Virus record (IMG/VR): IMGVR_UViG_3300046336_000034
Coordinates: 23,009 to 87,008 of that record
From: a virus
Reading direction: 5' to 3' (one strand)
DNA: 64,000 bases
Positions within the stretch are counted from its first letter, which is position 1. The number at the start of each line of letters is the position of its first letter. Below, one piece after another: positions 50,246 through 60,760 of this stretch. Both the position numbers and the translations under genes were made by a program. Under the pieces are notes generated by a model. That model saw only the letters and a list, made by a program, of their open reading frames with translations. It made no database searches and was not told the DNA's origin.

Positions 50246-50498
50246 TAGGTTTCCTTTTATTGATTTCGTTTGTAACTAAGTTTGAAGTATACACTGAACT
50301 TCTACAAAATAATCCAGATTTTTAAACTGTTACAAACTATTACAAGACGCAACCCGAAGGGTTCGGATTGCTTACAGTTATTCAAAATCATCTGAAGAAA
50401 AACAGTAAAAGTTCTTACGACTAAAGTCAAACTCTCTTAGAGTGTATTGAACATCCTCAAAATCATCTTCGTAAGTGTCTAGCACTTCACTAATCTTC

Positions 50499-50930
50499 TT
50501 ATCTTGGAAGGGGGAACTCTTCTTGGATGAGTTTTTCTTTTTTGACATAGTAATCTCCTTGCTCTGTGTGTTTATGATGCTGTAACCGTCTACTTGCTGT
50601 ACCTCTTTTAACTTTAAGGACAGTCCCTTCCTGTGCTCTGATATAGTCCAGTAAGCCCCTTGAGGGGGTGAGCTTAGGTCTAGGGTGTGCTGCTGACATT
50701 ACAATCTTACCAGTCTTTAAGTCCCTGATACGCTTAGGTTCTGGTTTGATAATCTCAATCTTGAACAATCTCTCAAAAAGGACAGAGTTACCTAGATACA
50801 ACTGCTCCCTCATCGTGTCGTAGAATACCTCAAGAACATCTCGGACTTCTTCAGGGGTGTATCCACTTTTCTTAGATGTAAGAGCAGTCATGTGTTTGAT
50901 GTTGAGTCGTTGCTTTTCCTTAGTTATCAT
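50499..50930 (-). CDS. HU/IHF-like DNA-binding protein
   Basis: Helical N-terminus, F.I...P.RIRDLKTGK...PKLTPS arm. Confidence 0.75.
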   Translation of the reverse strand: MITKEKQRLNIKHMTALTSKKSGYTPEEVRDVLEVFYDTMREQLYLGNSVLFERLFKIEIIKPEPKRIRDLKTGKIVMSAAHPRPKLTPSRGLLDYIRAQEGTVLKVKRGTASRRLQHHKHTEQGDYYVKKEKLIQEEFPLPR

Positions 50931-51073
50931 AACCTTCTGGGCACTCCTTTTCTAGTAATTTTATCCAATCCGTTGATGCGAATTGTAGCACAAAATAATC
51001 ATCACTCATATAGTTCATCTCCGAAAGTTCATAACGATAACACCAAGTATCGTCCGACCAGAGGATGATGTCT

Positions 51074-51673
51074 TCAAAGTCCTGTTTTAACATCTGTTGC
51101 ATCTTGCGATGTTGGTTGCGTCCACAGAACATTAAGTGTCTTATCAAAAACAATTAAGAATCTATGTTTAACTGGACGAGAACGCCACTCTCCTACTCCC
51201 TGTTTACCTCTTGATGCTTTTATACCATCTACATACCAGTCCTTTTTTGGTGCGGTTGTTCCGTAGTACACAAAATTAGCTGCACGATAAACAACACCTG
51301 AGTGAAATCTTGTATCGGCGTAAGATAGTACAGCTCTACACACTTGCTCCTTCCTAAGCAACTTAATGGATTTGGATATGAACCAAGAGGCTAAGTTATG
51401 TTCTGCAGTTTGTACATCAGGGTGAAGGCATAGCCTCGACAATTCCCACAAACCTTGTTGCTCCTCCCTTTTCAACCCAAAGCATCCAACAGCAAGCTCA
51501 GGGACAGGTAAACCTGTAAATATACAAACACCAACAAGTTGTTCCTTGTAAAACAGTCCTGTATTAACACCTGATTTGAAGCCTTTTGACTCCCTTGATA
51601 AGTAATGAAAAGATTGTAGAAGTTCAGTGCATTCTTTTTTAGATATAAGTTCTAAAGAGTATTCGCTTTTCAT
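51074..51673 (-). CDS. Mom-like DNA modification enzyme (GNAT fold)
   Basis: HYL, GLF, WELSRLCL, N.ASWFIS, LSYAD..FHSGVVYRAANF. Confidence 0.8.
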   Translation of the reverse strand: MKSEYSLELISKKECTELLQSFHYLSRESKGFKSGVNTGLFYKEQLVGVCIFTGLPVPELAVGCFGLKREEQQGLWELSRLCLHPDVQTAEHNLASWFISKSIKLLRKEQVCRAVLSYADTRFHSGVVYRAANFVYYGTTAPKKDWYVDGIKASRGKQGVGEWRSRPVKHRFLIVFDKTLNVLWTQPTSQDATDVKTGL

Positions 51674-51918
51674 GTCGCTTCTCCTGCTATTGCTGCGTCA
51701 ATGTAAGAATCAAGTTGTTCAAGTACATCTGGCGTATATGGGTCAATGCCGCACCATGCAGCTACCTGTGCATTACGGCAATGTTTTTTATACCGCTCAG
51801 CATCCTTACGCAGTGCTTCTACTTCGGTTTGTAGCTTTGAAATAATTTCAAGTAACCTTACTTTTTTGGTATCTAGCAGTTTTTGCGCCATTTCAATCTG
51901 CTCGTTTGTGTAGCTCAT
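51670..51918 (-). CDS. Hypothetical protein
   Basis: LRKDAERY and LDSYIDAAI motifs typical of small phage proteins. Confidence 0.65.
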   Translation of the reverse strand: MSYTNEQIEMAQKLLDTKKVRLLEIISKLQTEVEALRKDAERYKKHCRNAQVAAWCGIDPYTPDVLEQLDSYIDAAIAGEAT

Positions 51919-52267
51919 TATTTACCTTTCATGTAGGCGTTGACAGCGGCGACAAATTCAGCGGTAGATATACCAGACTCTAAGCTGTTGTTGCATTCAG
52001 CCATCATTTTGTAGGTCACCATATCTGCCGTAATGGGTTTGAAGTGTGCGGGATGGGTGTAGACGGCAATCCAATAGTCGCCATGCTTTTTTTGAAGATA
52101 TGGCCTGTATTGAACCGTGCATCGGTGTAATCCTCACGAACAAAGCCAAATGGCTCACCCTCTGGCTGGTCTAGTAGCGGCAATAAATCAAGGTGGTGCG
52201 CTCCGCAGCCGTAAGCATCTAGGGTTGCGATTAAGTCTTTTACAAGTTCTTTTGATATTTGTGGCAT
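51918..52267 (-). pseudogene. Gene frameshifted at an A7 run (52087-52093)
   Basis: The -1 frame continues HGDYWIAVYTHPA...MKGK to a TAA overlapping the next ATG. Confidence 0.6.
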
Positions 52268-52268
52268 G

Positions 52269-52978
52269 TTAGTCCTTCACGATGTTGCCAAAAACGGCAG
52301 TTTCACTGATATACAAACCGCCACCTATAGACGCTGAAAATTGGCCAACATAGCGTTGCGCATCTTCGAGAGTTTTGAAAAGTGTGAACCCTACTTCACT
52401 AGATACTGACCACACAATTAGCGGGTCATTTGACGGCATCACTTCTGCTAGCTTTGCTTTTAGCTCGGCTATCTCGGTGGCTTGCTCGGTACGGGCGCGT
52501 ATATATCCAGCAAACACATAATCATTGTCTGTGACGGCTTGGTGTGATGCGCTCAACGGGCGAGCTGGAAATGCTTTTGCAAAGTCTTTGCGCCACTCTG
52601 TCATTTGCGCTGGTGTTGGGGTCATTTGATAAGTTCCTTAATAGCCGCTAATTGAGCCTCGGTTGATGGGTAAGTGCGGTGATATATTGCTTGTAGCTTT
52701 TCTAGCGCTTGCTTGCGTCCATAGGCTTCGGCTGCTTGCCATTTCTCATAATCGCGATGCAAATATGAGAGGTTGTACAAACCGTCTGTTTTTGAAAAGT
52801 CTTCATTGGTTATGTTGTGGTAGCCAGAATAGTGCGTCTCAAAAGCCTTTTGTGATTCGGGTATAGCTGCTCCTTTAGGCTCGTTCGTTCTGAGTTTTAA
52901 AGGGCATTTTGAGCACCAGTTTTCGGGCTTACTGCCGCACTCAATATCTTTGTACGAGCAAACATAAGTTGTTGTCAT
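52269..52978 (-). other. Two hypothetical CDS (52269-52625, 52622-52978)
   Basis: ORF track; ATGA coupling. Confidence 0.6.
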
Positions 52979-54222
52979 AGCAACCCCTCTTCTTTAAGCA
53001 AAGCAATAACATCATCACGGCTACCTGTCCATGCTGGATGCTTGGGGCGGAGTTCGTATTCTGGTCTATGTGTTTTTGAGTGAGCATCAAAACGGTCAAT
53101 GTCAACCGCAAGCCACCCTTGCCCGTACCTAGTGTACCAAACGTCATGCGCCTCTTTCTTTGCTTCCCACTCAGCTACAGCCTGCTCAGGTGTGACCATG
53201 CGCCCGTCTAGTTTGATGGTGGTTTTGGTGCAGTAGGTGTAAGTTCCCTTAACGCTGAAACCTAAAGATACACCGGCGTAGATGGTCATATTTTGATGTC
53301 TCCACTCAACCGTATCACCCATGCTGCGCTGCAACTTCTGCGCCTCAGTCCGCAACATCCTGATAGCTGGCTCACCGTCTTTTGAAACGAGGCAGCTTAT
53401 GTCTATGCAGCGGTATTCATATTCTGGGAAAAATGAAGGCTTATGCACATCTTCCCAGCTATCTGATATTAAAAGTTTGTACTCCCACAAATAAAACCCA
53501 GTCGTACCCTCTTTAACTTGCTTGGTATACTCAGCGCGAATGGCTGCATGTGGGTCTGCTGGCTTAGTTTCATTTTTAAAAATACGCCCGTTTTGGTTGT
53601 GCTTTGCGTGTATCTTCATTGCGTGAGCAATAGCGCCTTCGGCGTTCGCCCTGTCTTCACTGCCCTTTTGCATAGAGTAAGTGGCAATTTCAAAATCAGA
53701 CGCGAGAGAATTTAGTGCAACAACCAACTCAATACGCACATCATCTGGGTCTACTGGCTCAGGCTGTGCTTGAGTAGTCGCGTAAGTAAAAAGCGAGTCG
53801 CCCATACCTGCTGCATAGCTATCACAACACATTTGCTTTATGCCGGTTTGTGTGGCGAATGGCTGGGATTGAAACCAGTCTTCAAACGCACTATTGCCGA
53901 CACTTAGTTTTGGCGTACTGTCGGAATATTTTGTATTCCGGCTTACGGGCTGTGCTTGCTTGATGGCGCGGTATTTAAGTGGCTCACCCATATAATTAGA
54001 AATGTAGGCACAGCCAACCCCACACAAAAGCCAATCATTAAAAACAAACATCTCAGCTTTCCCCGCCCCAAGCTCTCGCGCCCGTGCTGCTGTGATGTAT
54101 TCGCTTTCTTGTTGTGCGTTGATACCATCAATCACTCGGTTCAGTGATTGCAGCCATTCTTCTGCTAGGCTAGTACCTACGGCTGCTTTGGCGTATTCAA
54201 TTGTGATATAGGGTATTTTCAT
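52975..54222 (-). CDS. Mosaic hypothetical protein
   Basis: Start probably MKIPY; modules separated by QAQP linkers. Confidence 0.65.
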   Translation of the reverse strand: MKIPYITIEYAKAAVGTSLAEEWLQSLNRVIDGINAQQESEYITAARARELGAGKAEMFVFNDWLLCGVGCAYISNYMGEPLKYRAIKQAQPVSRNTKYSDSTPKLSVGNSAFEDWFQSQPFATQTGIKQMCCDSYAAGMGDSLFTYATTQAQPEPVDPDDVRIELVVALNSLASDFEIATYSMQKGSEDRANAEGAIAHAMKIHAKHNQNGRIFKNETKPADPHAAIRAEYTKQVKEGTTGFYLWEYKLLISDSWEDVHKPSFFPEYEYRCIDISCLVSKDGEPAIRMLRTEAQKLQRSMGDTVEWRHQNMTIYAGVSLGFSVKGTYTYCTKTTIKLDGRMVTPEQAVAEWEAKKEAHDVWYTRYGQGWLAVDIDRFDAHSKTHRPEYELRPKHPAWTGSRDDVIALLKEEGLL

Positions 54223-54744
54223 TTTAGTTCTCCTTTGTTTCAATGGTTAGATTCTACTGCATATTTCTCTTGATTGCAGTGGTTACTTGTAACAATAAGT
54301 AATATTTACCCTTCTCTTGTTCTATTTAAATAGCTCATCCGAGGTTTACATAGAGTTAACTTGTGTTGTAATCTTTCGATATGCCTTGTAAGAGCATTCA
54401 CAAGCCCCCCTAAACTACCTACTCCATAGAATAGTTGTAGACTTTTTATTTCCTCAATGTCTTGTGGGAGCATTGTTGTGTAGTAAAGAATACTCATTTC
54501 TTACTCCAGACAAACACATCAGTCCAAGCTGCAAGATGCACTAAGTTGTGGGGTTTATTAAGTTCCCAACAGTAAGAGTACATACCGTCTACGTGGTCAA
54601 AGTGAATAGGAAAAGCACTACTGTCCATTGTATCAACAGTCACAACACTTCCTCTTGGAACGTCATAAAGTTTAACAGGTTTTTTGCTTTGCTTGTAATC
54701 TGATTTCCAGTCCTTAATATCAATTTCGCTAATCATATTTCTCC

Positions 54745-55263
54745 TTAATAGTTCTCAGTCCGTGGAAAATAAATCACTCTAGTGCTACAGCCTCCGCACT
54801 TTAACACCTTCCCTTGTTGTAGCTGCTTATGCTTCACTTCAGGAATTTGATGATAACGTCTACCATCACTACAGCAACAGGTATAACGGTAAACCTTTTT
54901 ATCAACTGCACTAATATCTAAGTCATGGTATACATTAGGCTTCAGTCCCAACTGAAGCATTAAATTCTTCCAATTAACTCCGTGGTCAACGAGTTCATCG
55001 GGGTATAAGATGTACTGAACAATGTGAGCAGTTTCATGAGGGATAATCTCCTCAAAGAACTCCTCTTGGTTTGCTAAAAACAAGCTCTCGTTCAGTACAA
55101 TCTTTAAATCTCCATTATAAGCTAGACCAGCGTTAAGCCCTAAAGTCTTTTTAAACTGTACTTGTACTTTTACGTACTTAGCTGTCTCTTCTCCTAGTAG
55201 GATGTCTAGGCACTGTTTTATGCGGTCTTGAACTTTTAATTGTAAGAGGATTGGTACTGTCAA
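54745..55263 (-). CDS. SprT-like zinc metalloprotease
   Basis: AGLA, PHETAH, HGVNWK, YTCCC and CGGC. Confidence 0.85.
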   Translation of the reverse strand: MTVPILLQLKVQDRIKQCLDILLGEETAKYVKVQVQFKKTLGLNAGLAYNGDLKIVLNESLFLANQEEFFEEIIPHETAHIVQYILYPDELVDHGVNWKNLMLQLGLKPNVYHDLDISAVDKKVYRYTCCCSDGRRYHQIPEVKHKQLQQGKVLKCGGCSTRVIYFPRTENY

Positions 55264-55324
55264 AATTTACTCCGTTTAGTTTGATGAGATGATTATACAC
55301 AGAAATCTAAAGGTTGTTGTACTG

Positions 55325-55753
55325 TTACAAAGAATTACACTCTCCACCTAACCACTCAACTTTGACACCTTTAGATTCTAAGTACTCAAGTCCACTTAAG
55401 TCCCTGTACTCGTGCTTGTAGTAAAACTTCTTGATACCCGAGTCCACAATCTCAATAGCGCATCCAAGACAGCATAGATGACTGCAAAACATACTAGCAC
55501 CGCTTGATGAGCCGTTAGAGTGTCTGAGCTTATTTAAAGCATTGACCTCAGCATGGCGCACTACAGTGCTGGTGTTACCGTCAGCATCTTCACAAAGGTT
55601 AGTTAACCAACCACGAGGTGTTCCATTTACACCACAAGAAATGATTGTGTCGTCCTTGACAATGAGTGCGCCTACTTTAAGTCTCGTAGCCGCTGATGTC
55701 TGACCAAATCGCTCAGCCATGTCTAAATATGCGTGAAGGTACTTAGTTTTCAC
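55325..55753 (-). CDS. dCMP deaminase
   Basis: VGALIV, NGTP, HAEVNAL, CLGC. Confidence 0.88.
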   Translation of the reverse strand: MKTKYLHAYLDMAERFGQTSAATRLKVGALIVKDDTIISCGVNGTPRGWLTNLCEDADGNTSTVVRHAEVNALNKLRHSNGSSSGASMFCSHLCCLGCAIEIVDSGIKKFYYKHEYRDLSGLEYLESKGVKVEWLGGECNSL

Positions 55754-55931
55754 TGCTCTTATCCTTTCACGTATTGTAGTGCTTCGTTTGTCAACTTAGT
55801 CAAATTAACAAGTAACACATTGGTGTAGGGTGACAGCTTACAACCGTATTCCTTCTCCATGTTTAACGCATTGACTAAGACCTTGACTTGCTGCCAATTA
55901 CGAAGATTCGTTGTGTCTACGGTTTCCATTG

Positions 55932-56384
55932 CTATTGTAACCCTTTAATCTGTTTAATTAAATTACTTAATCTAGCTTCACGTTTTTTATGCTGCAGGAA
56001 GAACTTTCGGCTTAGACTAAAATCTTCAAAATGTCCCGAAGTTGTAAAATCTTCCTTGTCACAAAGATTCCACAATCGTTGTGCTTCCCGTTTATACTCA
56101 TTTTTAATCTCTGTCACCATAGACAATGTATCACGAAGCTCGTGAAGTAACTGCTGAACTTCACCTTGACTTAGACTGGCTGAACGAGCAATTTCATTTT
56201 GTTTTGTATCCGTGTTAGTAAATCTCCATTCAATAATGTCTGCCGCATTGTCCTCTAAAGACCAATCAAAATCACCAAAGAGTGCCTCACTGGAGTTAAG
56301 AATTACATCGCTTCGTAACTTCACCTCAAAGTTAGATACTCCTGTGTAGGGTTTTACACCTGTATTTTTAATCCATTCGCTCAT
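55932..56384 (-). CDS. Hypothetical protein
   Basis: N-terminal WIKNTG..P domain shared with 33925-34281. Confidence 0.65.
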   Translation of the reverse strand: MSEWIKNTGVKPYTGVSNFEVKLRSDVILNSSEALFGDFDWSLEDNAADIIEWRFTNTDTKQNEIARSASLSQGEVQQLLHELRDTLSMVTEIKNEYKREAQRLWNLCDKEDFTTSGHFEDFSLSRKFFLQHKKREARLSNLIKQIKGLQ

Positions 56385-56732
56385 GCTTTTCTCCTTTGCT
56401 TTTAAAATTGCCTAAAAAATCTATCCAAAATTCTTTGCCTTCTTCTGTGTGTTCCCAGTTGAATACTCCATAAACTATCTCCTCAACCTCGGTAGCGAGG
56501 AATCTTGAGTAGAATATTTCACTCAAAGTATTGGTTGCTTGTTCACGAATCTTTACAGCGATATCCTCGGGTACACCTAACTCAAGACAGCGTTTGTAAA
56601 GTTGATATTTTTCATGTGATGTTAATTTTGATATTGTTTACTCCTTTTGATTTGATACCTGAATCATAGCATAGATTAAAAGTCTGTCAACAGCGTATGT
56701 ACTAAATGTGTAATATTCTGTAACAGGCGAAG

Positions 56733-56765
56733 AAAAACCTCCGAGCTTTACGGCAAGGAGGTTTT
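56733..56765 (-). terminator. Intrinsic terminator after the nrd operon
   Basis: aaaacctcc...ggaggtttt stem with T runs on both strands. Confidence 0.65.
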
Positions 56766-56772
56766 CGTTTGG

Positions 56773-57354
56773 CTAGGTTGCTATTCCATGTCGTTCAGTG
56801 TAGGCTGCGCCTAGGTTTCCGAGGTTTTCTATCTCACTCTCGCGTCTAGCATTAGCTGCAGCTAACGCTGCTTCTAGGGTGTAGTATTCACGGATACCGT
56901 GGTAGGTAGCACACAACTTACCGTTCATGTCACACCAGTGAGCGCAATAACCTGTGACCTCACCGTACTTGTTACGCTGAGCTTTCACACCAGTAGGCAG
57001 GTCAGCGTCACGGCGGTTGTAACTTGACTTATTCTGGTTGTTAACAGTACGAGTCACGTCTCTAAGGTTTTCAACCCTATTATTAGACTTATCACCGTCA
57101 ACGTGGTCTATATGATTATCAGGAAACTTACCGTAGGTAACAAACCAGACTAAACGGTGTGCTCTGAAGAGGTTTCCGTTTATTGTGATTATGGTGTAGC
57201 CGTCTTTACGCAAAGTACCAGCTTTGCTGCCAGCTTTGACTCTTGACCGAGGAGAGGGTCTCACTCTCCAATAAAATACACTCTCTGGTAGCCTCAGTTC
57301 CAGTGCCTCGTTTACCTGCTCTAACGTAAGAGCTAATTCTTTCTTACTTGCCAT
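56773..57354 (-). CDS. HNH homing endonuclease
   Basis: AHRLVW, IDHVDGDKSNNRVENLR. Confidence 0.9.
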   Translation of the reverse strand: MASKKELALTLEQVNEALELRLPESVFYWRVRPSPRSRVKAGSKAGTLRKDGYTIITINGNLFRAHRLVWFVTYGKFPDNHIDHVDGDKSNNRVENLRDVTRTVNNQNKSSYNRRDADLPTGVKAQRNKYGEVTGYCAHWCDMNGKLCATYHGIREYYTLEAALAAANARRESEIENLGNLGAAYTERHGIAT

Positions 57355-57604
57355 TTAGAAACTCCAGCACCTTACCTAACGTAGCTTCACCTCCCTCGTA
57401 ACGAACTACCTCTTCACCATCCTCAAACAAGAGTACGGTAGGTGAAGAATACACTCTGAAAAATGTTGCTATTTCTGGTGATTCACTAATATATACAACC
57501 TGCACCGCCTCTTGGTCTATGTCTTTGTGCTGCAATGCTTCTCGAAGTTTTTTACCGTGTTGACATTGTTTAGTACGGAAGATGGTTACTACTTTTTCTT
57601 TCAT
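57344..57604 (-). CDS. Thioredoxin/glutaredoxin-fold protein with single Cys
   Basis: Start MKEKVV with SD; CQHG, SPTVLLFEDGEEVVRYEG; next to nrdA. Confidence 0.75.
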   Translation of the reverse strand: MKEKVVTIFRTKQCQHGKKLREALQHKDIDQEAVQVVYISESPEIATFFRVYSSPTVLLFEDGEEVVRYEGGEATLGKVLEFLNGK

Positions 57605-57620
57605 GTTTACTCCTTGTTTG

Positions 57621-59357
57621 TTATTGACATACTTCACACTCTTGCACGCGAGTAATACCGCCTGCGCCACGCATTGAATAAATATAATACAGACTTAGAA
57701 TACCCTCATCCTCAAAAGCTATTCGATGAATTTCACTAATATAATCTTCTGAATCGTTAGATGTGAAATACAAGTTAATACTCTGTGCTTGGTCAATGTA
57801 TTTTTGACGATTAGAACATAATCTTAGATAGTCCTCCATTCGTACTTCAAAAGCAGTTCTGAAGACTTGTCGTTCATGTTCTGTCAACCACCCTACATGT
57901 TGTACACTTCCCTTGTTCTTAATGATGTCTCGGATTGTCTCATCATTATAAACACCTTTGTCCTTCATAATTTCAAGAAGAACCTTGTTGATACGGAAGA
58001 ACTCCCCACCTGCTGATTGTTTAGTAAACACCATTGCTGTGTCAAGACCAATACCTTCACTAGCACCAGCCATAATCTCAGCGGTGGACTTTGTAGGGGG
58101 CATCATCAGACGTGTAGCATTGCGAATACCTAACCCTTTGCACCCTTCTGGTTCACCCATGACCTCTGCTAACCACTTTGTTGTCAATAGGCTATCAGCA
58201 CCAAGTTTACCAAAGATTTCACGGTTCAAGAACATTGTATCTAAATGCCCAATCACTAATCGCTCTTTTTGGAATAACGTGTGTAACCCCATAACACCAG
58301 AGCCAAGAGCACGAAACTCTTTAGTGAAACGATAAATCTTTTTCATCGCTTCTTTGTCAATATCAGACATTTCATCCATTGTCGCAAGGTACTCACTGAT
58401 ATTGCAGTCAGACATAATCTGACCAATCCAGTAGAGATGCGCAGGAAATACACGGTAATGCTCTAAGTTATAGTTCAAAATCACACAAGAGAATGTGTAG
58501 TTCTCGTCGGCAGGAAGACAGGTCTCTTGGCAGAGGTTTGATGCTTTTAAAGTCATACCCTTGCGTTTAAATGCAGGGGCTAAATGTCGGTTCATTTTAT
58601 CAATAAACGTGTAGTAACCCTTGCCTCGTGGCAGCTTAACACCTAATGTCTTTGATAACTTACTGACAGCAACCTTGTCCTTGTTTTTCAAAGCTTCAAT
58701 GAACTCATCATCAATCAACCAGCCAACATTATTGGACTCAGTATTCTCGTATAAGTTGTTTAGTACTTTCTCAAAGTCCCCATGTTGAGGGCGAATTGAG
58801 TAAGCCAAACTGCCCCTACGAGAAGCTTGTGTAACCTCGTTCATGCAGCTAATAAAGTCGTTCACCAACGGCATCACACCTAGGCTGTTACCACCACGTT
58901 TTAGTTCCGCACCTTCATGTGGGAAATGGTCAATACTGTAGCTTGTACCATGACTATGTTTTGTCAGGATAGCCGCCTCGGTGATGGCATTGTAGCGGTC
59001 ATAGAGGTTGTTACCAACATAGCCACCAGCACAGGAGACAGTTGTCCCACGTTTGCGTAAACCACCATTAGCCAGTAGCGGAGTTGATGCACTAATATAA
59101 CCATCCCACATGGACTCAAAAAACACATCTAAATAGGTCTTACCTGTTGTGTACGGGTCAGCTTCCCACCAGTCTGGGTAGACAGCAGGGGCATGTGCTG
59201 CTAAAGCACGAGCGATAGTTTTAAATCGGGCTTTAGGTGTTTCATTTTTGTACGAGTACTTCTCATAAAAAAGTTGCGTACCACCTGTCGTAAACCAAGA
59301 GGGTGCTTCGTTGTTTTCTTGCAGTTGTTTTCGTAGTGCTGAATAATCAATTGTCAT
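57621..59357 (-). CDS. nrdA: Ribonucleotide reductase class I alpha subunit
   Basis: STPLLAN, VSC, SNLCQE, PPTKST, YIDQAQSIN, LYY, C-terminal CEVCQ; no ATP cone apparent. Confidence 0.93.
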   Translation of the reverse strand: MTIDYSALRKQLQENNEAPSWFTTGGTQLFYEKYSYKNETPKARFKTIARALAAHAPAVYPDWWEADPYTTGKTYLDVFFESMWDGYISASTPLLANGGLRKRGTTVSCAGGYVGNNLYDRYNAITEAAILTKHSHGTSYSIDHFPHEGAELKRGGNSLGVMPLVNDFISCMNEVTQASRRGSLAYSIRPQHGDFEKVLNNLYENTESNNVGWLIDDEFIEALKNKDKVAVSKLSKTLGVKLPRGKGYYTFIDKMNRHLAPAFKRKGMTLKASNLCQETCLPADENYTFSCVILNYNLEHYRVFPAHLYWIGQIMSDCNISEYLATMDEMSDIDKEAMKKIYRFTKEFRALGSGVMGLHTLFQKERLVIGHLDTMFLNREIFGKLGADSLLTTKWLAEVMGEPEGCKGLGIRNATRLMMPPTKSTAEIMAGASEGIGLDTAMVFTKQSAGGEFFRINKVLLEIMKDKGVYNDETIRDIIKNKGSVQHVGWLTEHERQVFRTAFEVRMEDYLRLCSNRQKYIDQAQSINLYFTSNDSEDYISEIHRIAFEDEGILSLYYIYSMRGAGGITRVQECEVCQ

Positions 59358-60357
59358 TTTGTTCCTTTGTCCATGCGTTACCAAAAGCAGATTCGTTCCA
59401 GCTACTCTCGTATTCCATTCCTATACCAGCAGAGAAGAAGTCCACAACTTTATAGGCATAAGTATTCTTCTCGAACCAATCAACTACACTGCACTTACCA
59501 ACCTCAAACTCATGAGGTAGCCCAAGTCGTTCTAAATAAATGTTCAGTCGATGTTTTACAAACTCTTTAAACTCTTGTTTAGGTACGCCGTTCAAGGAAT
59601 CCTTTGTGATTGCCATGTCAATGATTCTGCACTCATGCAAGTATGCATAATGAACAGCTTCAAGAACCTTTTCATAGCGGCGGGTATCCTCTTGCAGTGT
59701 TGTACCCATCTCAGCGTAGTAAGTGTTCACAATTTCAGATGAAACTTGACCATGTAAATCCTCATCAATTGCTGATTGATTAGTACCACGGACAACCACA
59801 GGAATCAAGTTATATCCGTTAGATTGGAAGCTCTTTAGTATTGCAAAAGAACTAAAGAGGAGTGCAGTCTCTGTCATCGAAAAGATAATAGTAGCTAGAA
59901 CTTTATCTTCTTGCCCCAGTACACCCTTCAACCAATCAACACGTCCTTTAAGCTCAGGGTCTTTAATATAAGCTAGGTAGTGCTCGTCTGTATCCAAGCC
60001 AAGTACAACATTGAACTGGTTGTAAAACTCCGCATGAATACCTTTCTCAACAGCGTCAATAACACTAGCAGCTAACCGCACCTCAGGACGTGGGAATGTG
60101 TTCGCTACAACCTGCCCCCAGAAGTCACCAACCATTAACTCATAACGAAGGAATAAATGCAGGACTGTTTTAACAGCATGAAGCTGCTCTTCGTTTAATT
60201 TGTACAAAAGAGTCATACGGTCTAGCTCAACCTTCATTTCTGAGCTTGTCCAGAATTGTTCTTCTAGTTGCTTATTAGCTAAACGTACAATCTCTGGATA
60301 TTGTCGAACATAGCTATCTGTTTTCTGCATAATCCTTGGGATTTTAATTTCGCTCAT
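59347..60357 (-). CDS. nrdB: Ribonucleotide reductase class I beta subunit
   Basis: QFW, E..IH...Y, E..LLFSSFA, DEDLH, DFF. Confidence 0.92.
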   Translation of the reverse strand: MSEIKIPRIMQKTDSYVRQYPEIVRLANKQLEEQFWTSSEMKVELDRMTLLYKLNEEQLHAVKTVLHLFLRYELMVGDFWGQVVANTFPRPEVRLAASVIDAVEKGIHAEFYNQFNVVLGLDTDEHYLAYIKDPELKGRVDWLKGVLGQEDKVLATIIFSMTETALLFSSFAILKSFQSNGYNLIPVVVRGTNQSAIDEDLHGQVSSEIVNTYYAEMGTTLQEDTRRYEKVLEAVHYAYLHECRIIDMAITKDSLNGVPKQEFKEFVKHRLNIYLERLGLPHEFEVGKCSVVDWFEKNTYAYKVVDFFSAGIGMEYESSWNESAFGNAWTKEQNDN

Positions 60358-60689
60358 TCAACCATACCTTTCTGACGGTAAATATCTGTCAGCAGTTTTG
60401 AACCACTCGCCTTGTCCTTGGCTTCTCGACTCGCATAACCACTATCGATCCATTCCTTATCTGTCCGTTCATTCCCAATCCATCTGTCACAGGTCACTAG
60501 ACGATTCAAACGGGTACGGTGAGTAACACATGCCTGTGTCTCTACACCTTGGTTTGTATTCATTCCAAATTGCCATAAGATTTCATAAAAATCCCCTTTA
60601 TTCTCCTCTGCCCACTTGTATGTGAAGTGAGGCATTACTTCAACGACATCCATTGCTGAAACTATCGAAAGTGCAATAATATTTGACAT
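60354..60689 (-). CDS. Hypothetical protein
   Basis: ORF track; SD; coupled to nrdB. Confidence 0.65.
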   Translation of the reverse strand: MSNIIALSIVSAMDVVEVMPHFTYKWAEENKGDFYEILWQFGMNTNQGVETQACVTHRTRLNRLVTCDRWIGNERTDKEWIDSGYASREAKDKASGSKLLTDIYRQKGMVE

Positions 60690-60760
60690 CTATTCTCCTT
60701 ATTAATTTACAGTAAAAATCTGTTACATATTATAACACAGATTTGTTTGATATTCAAGTT

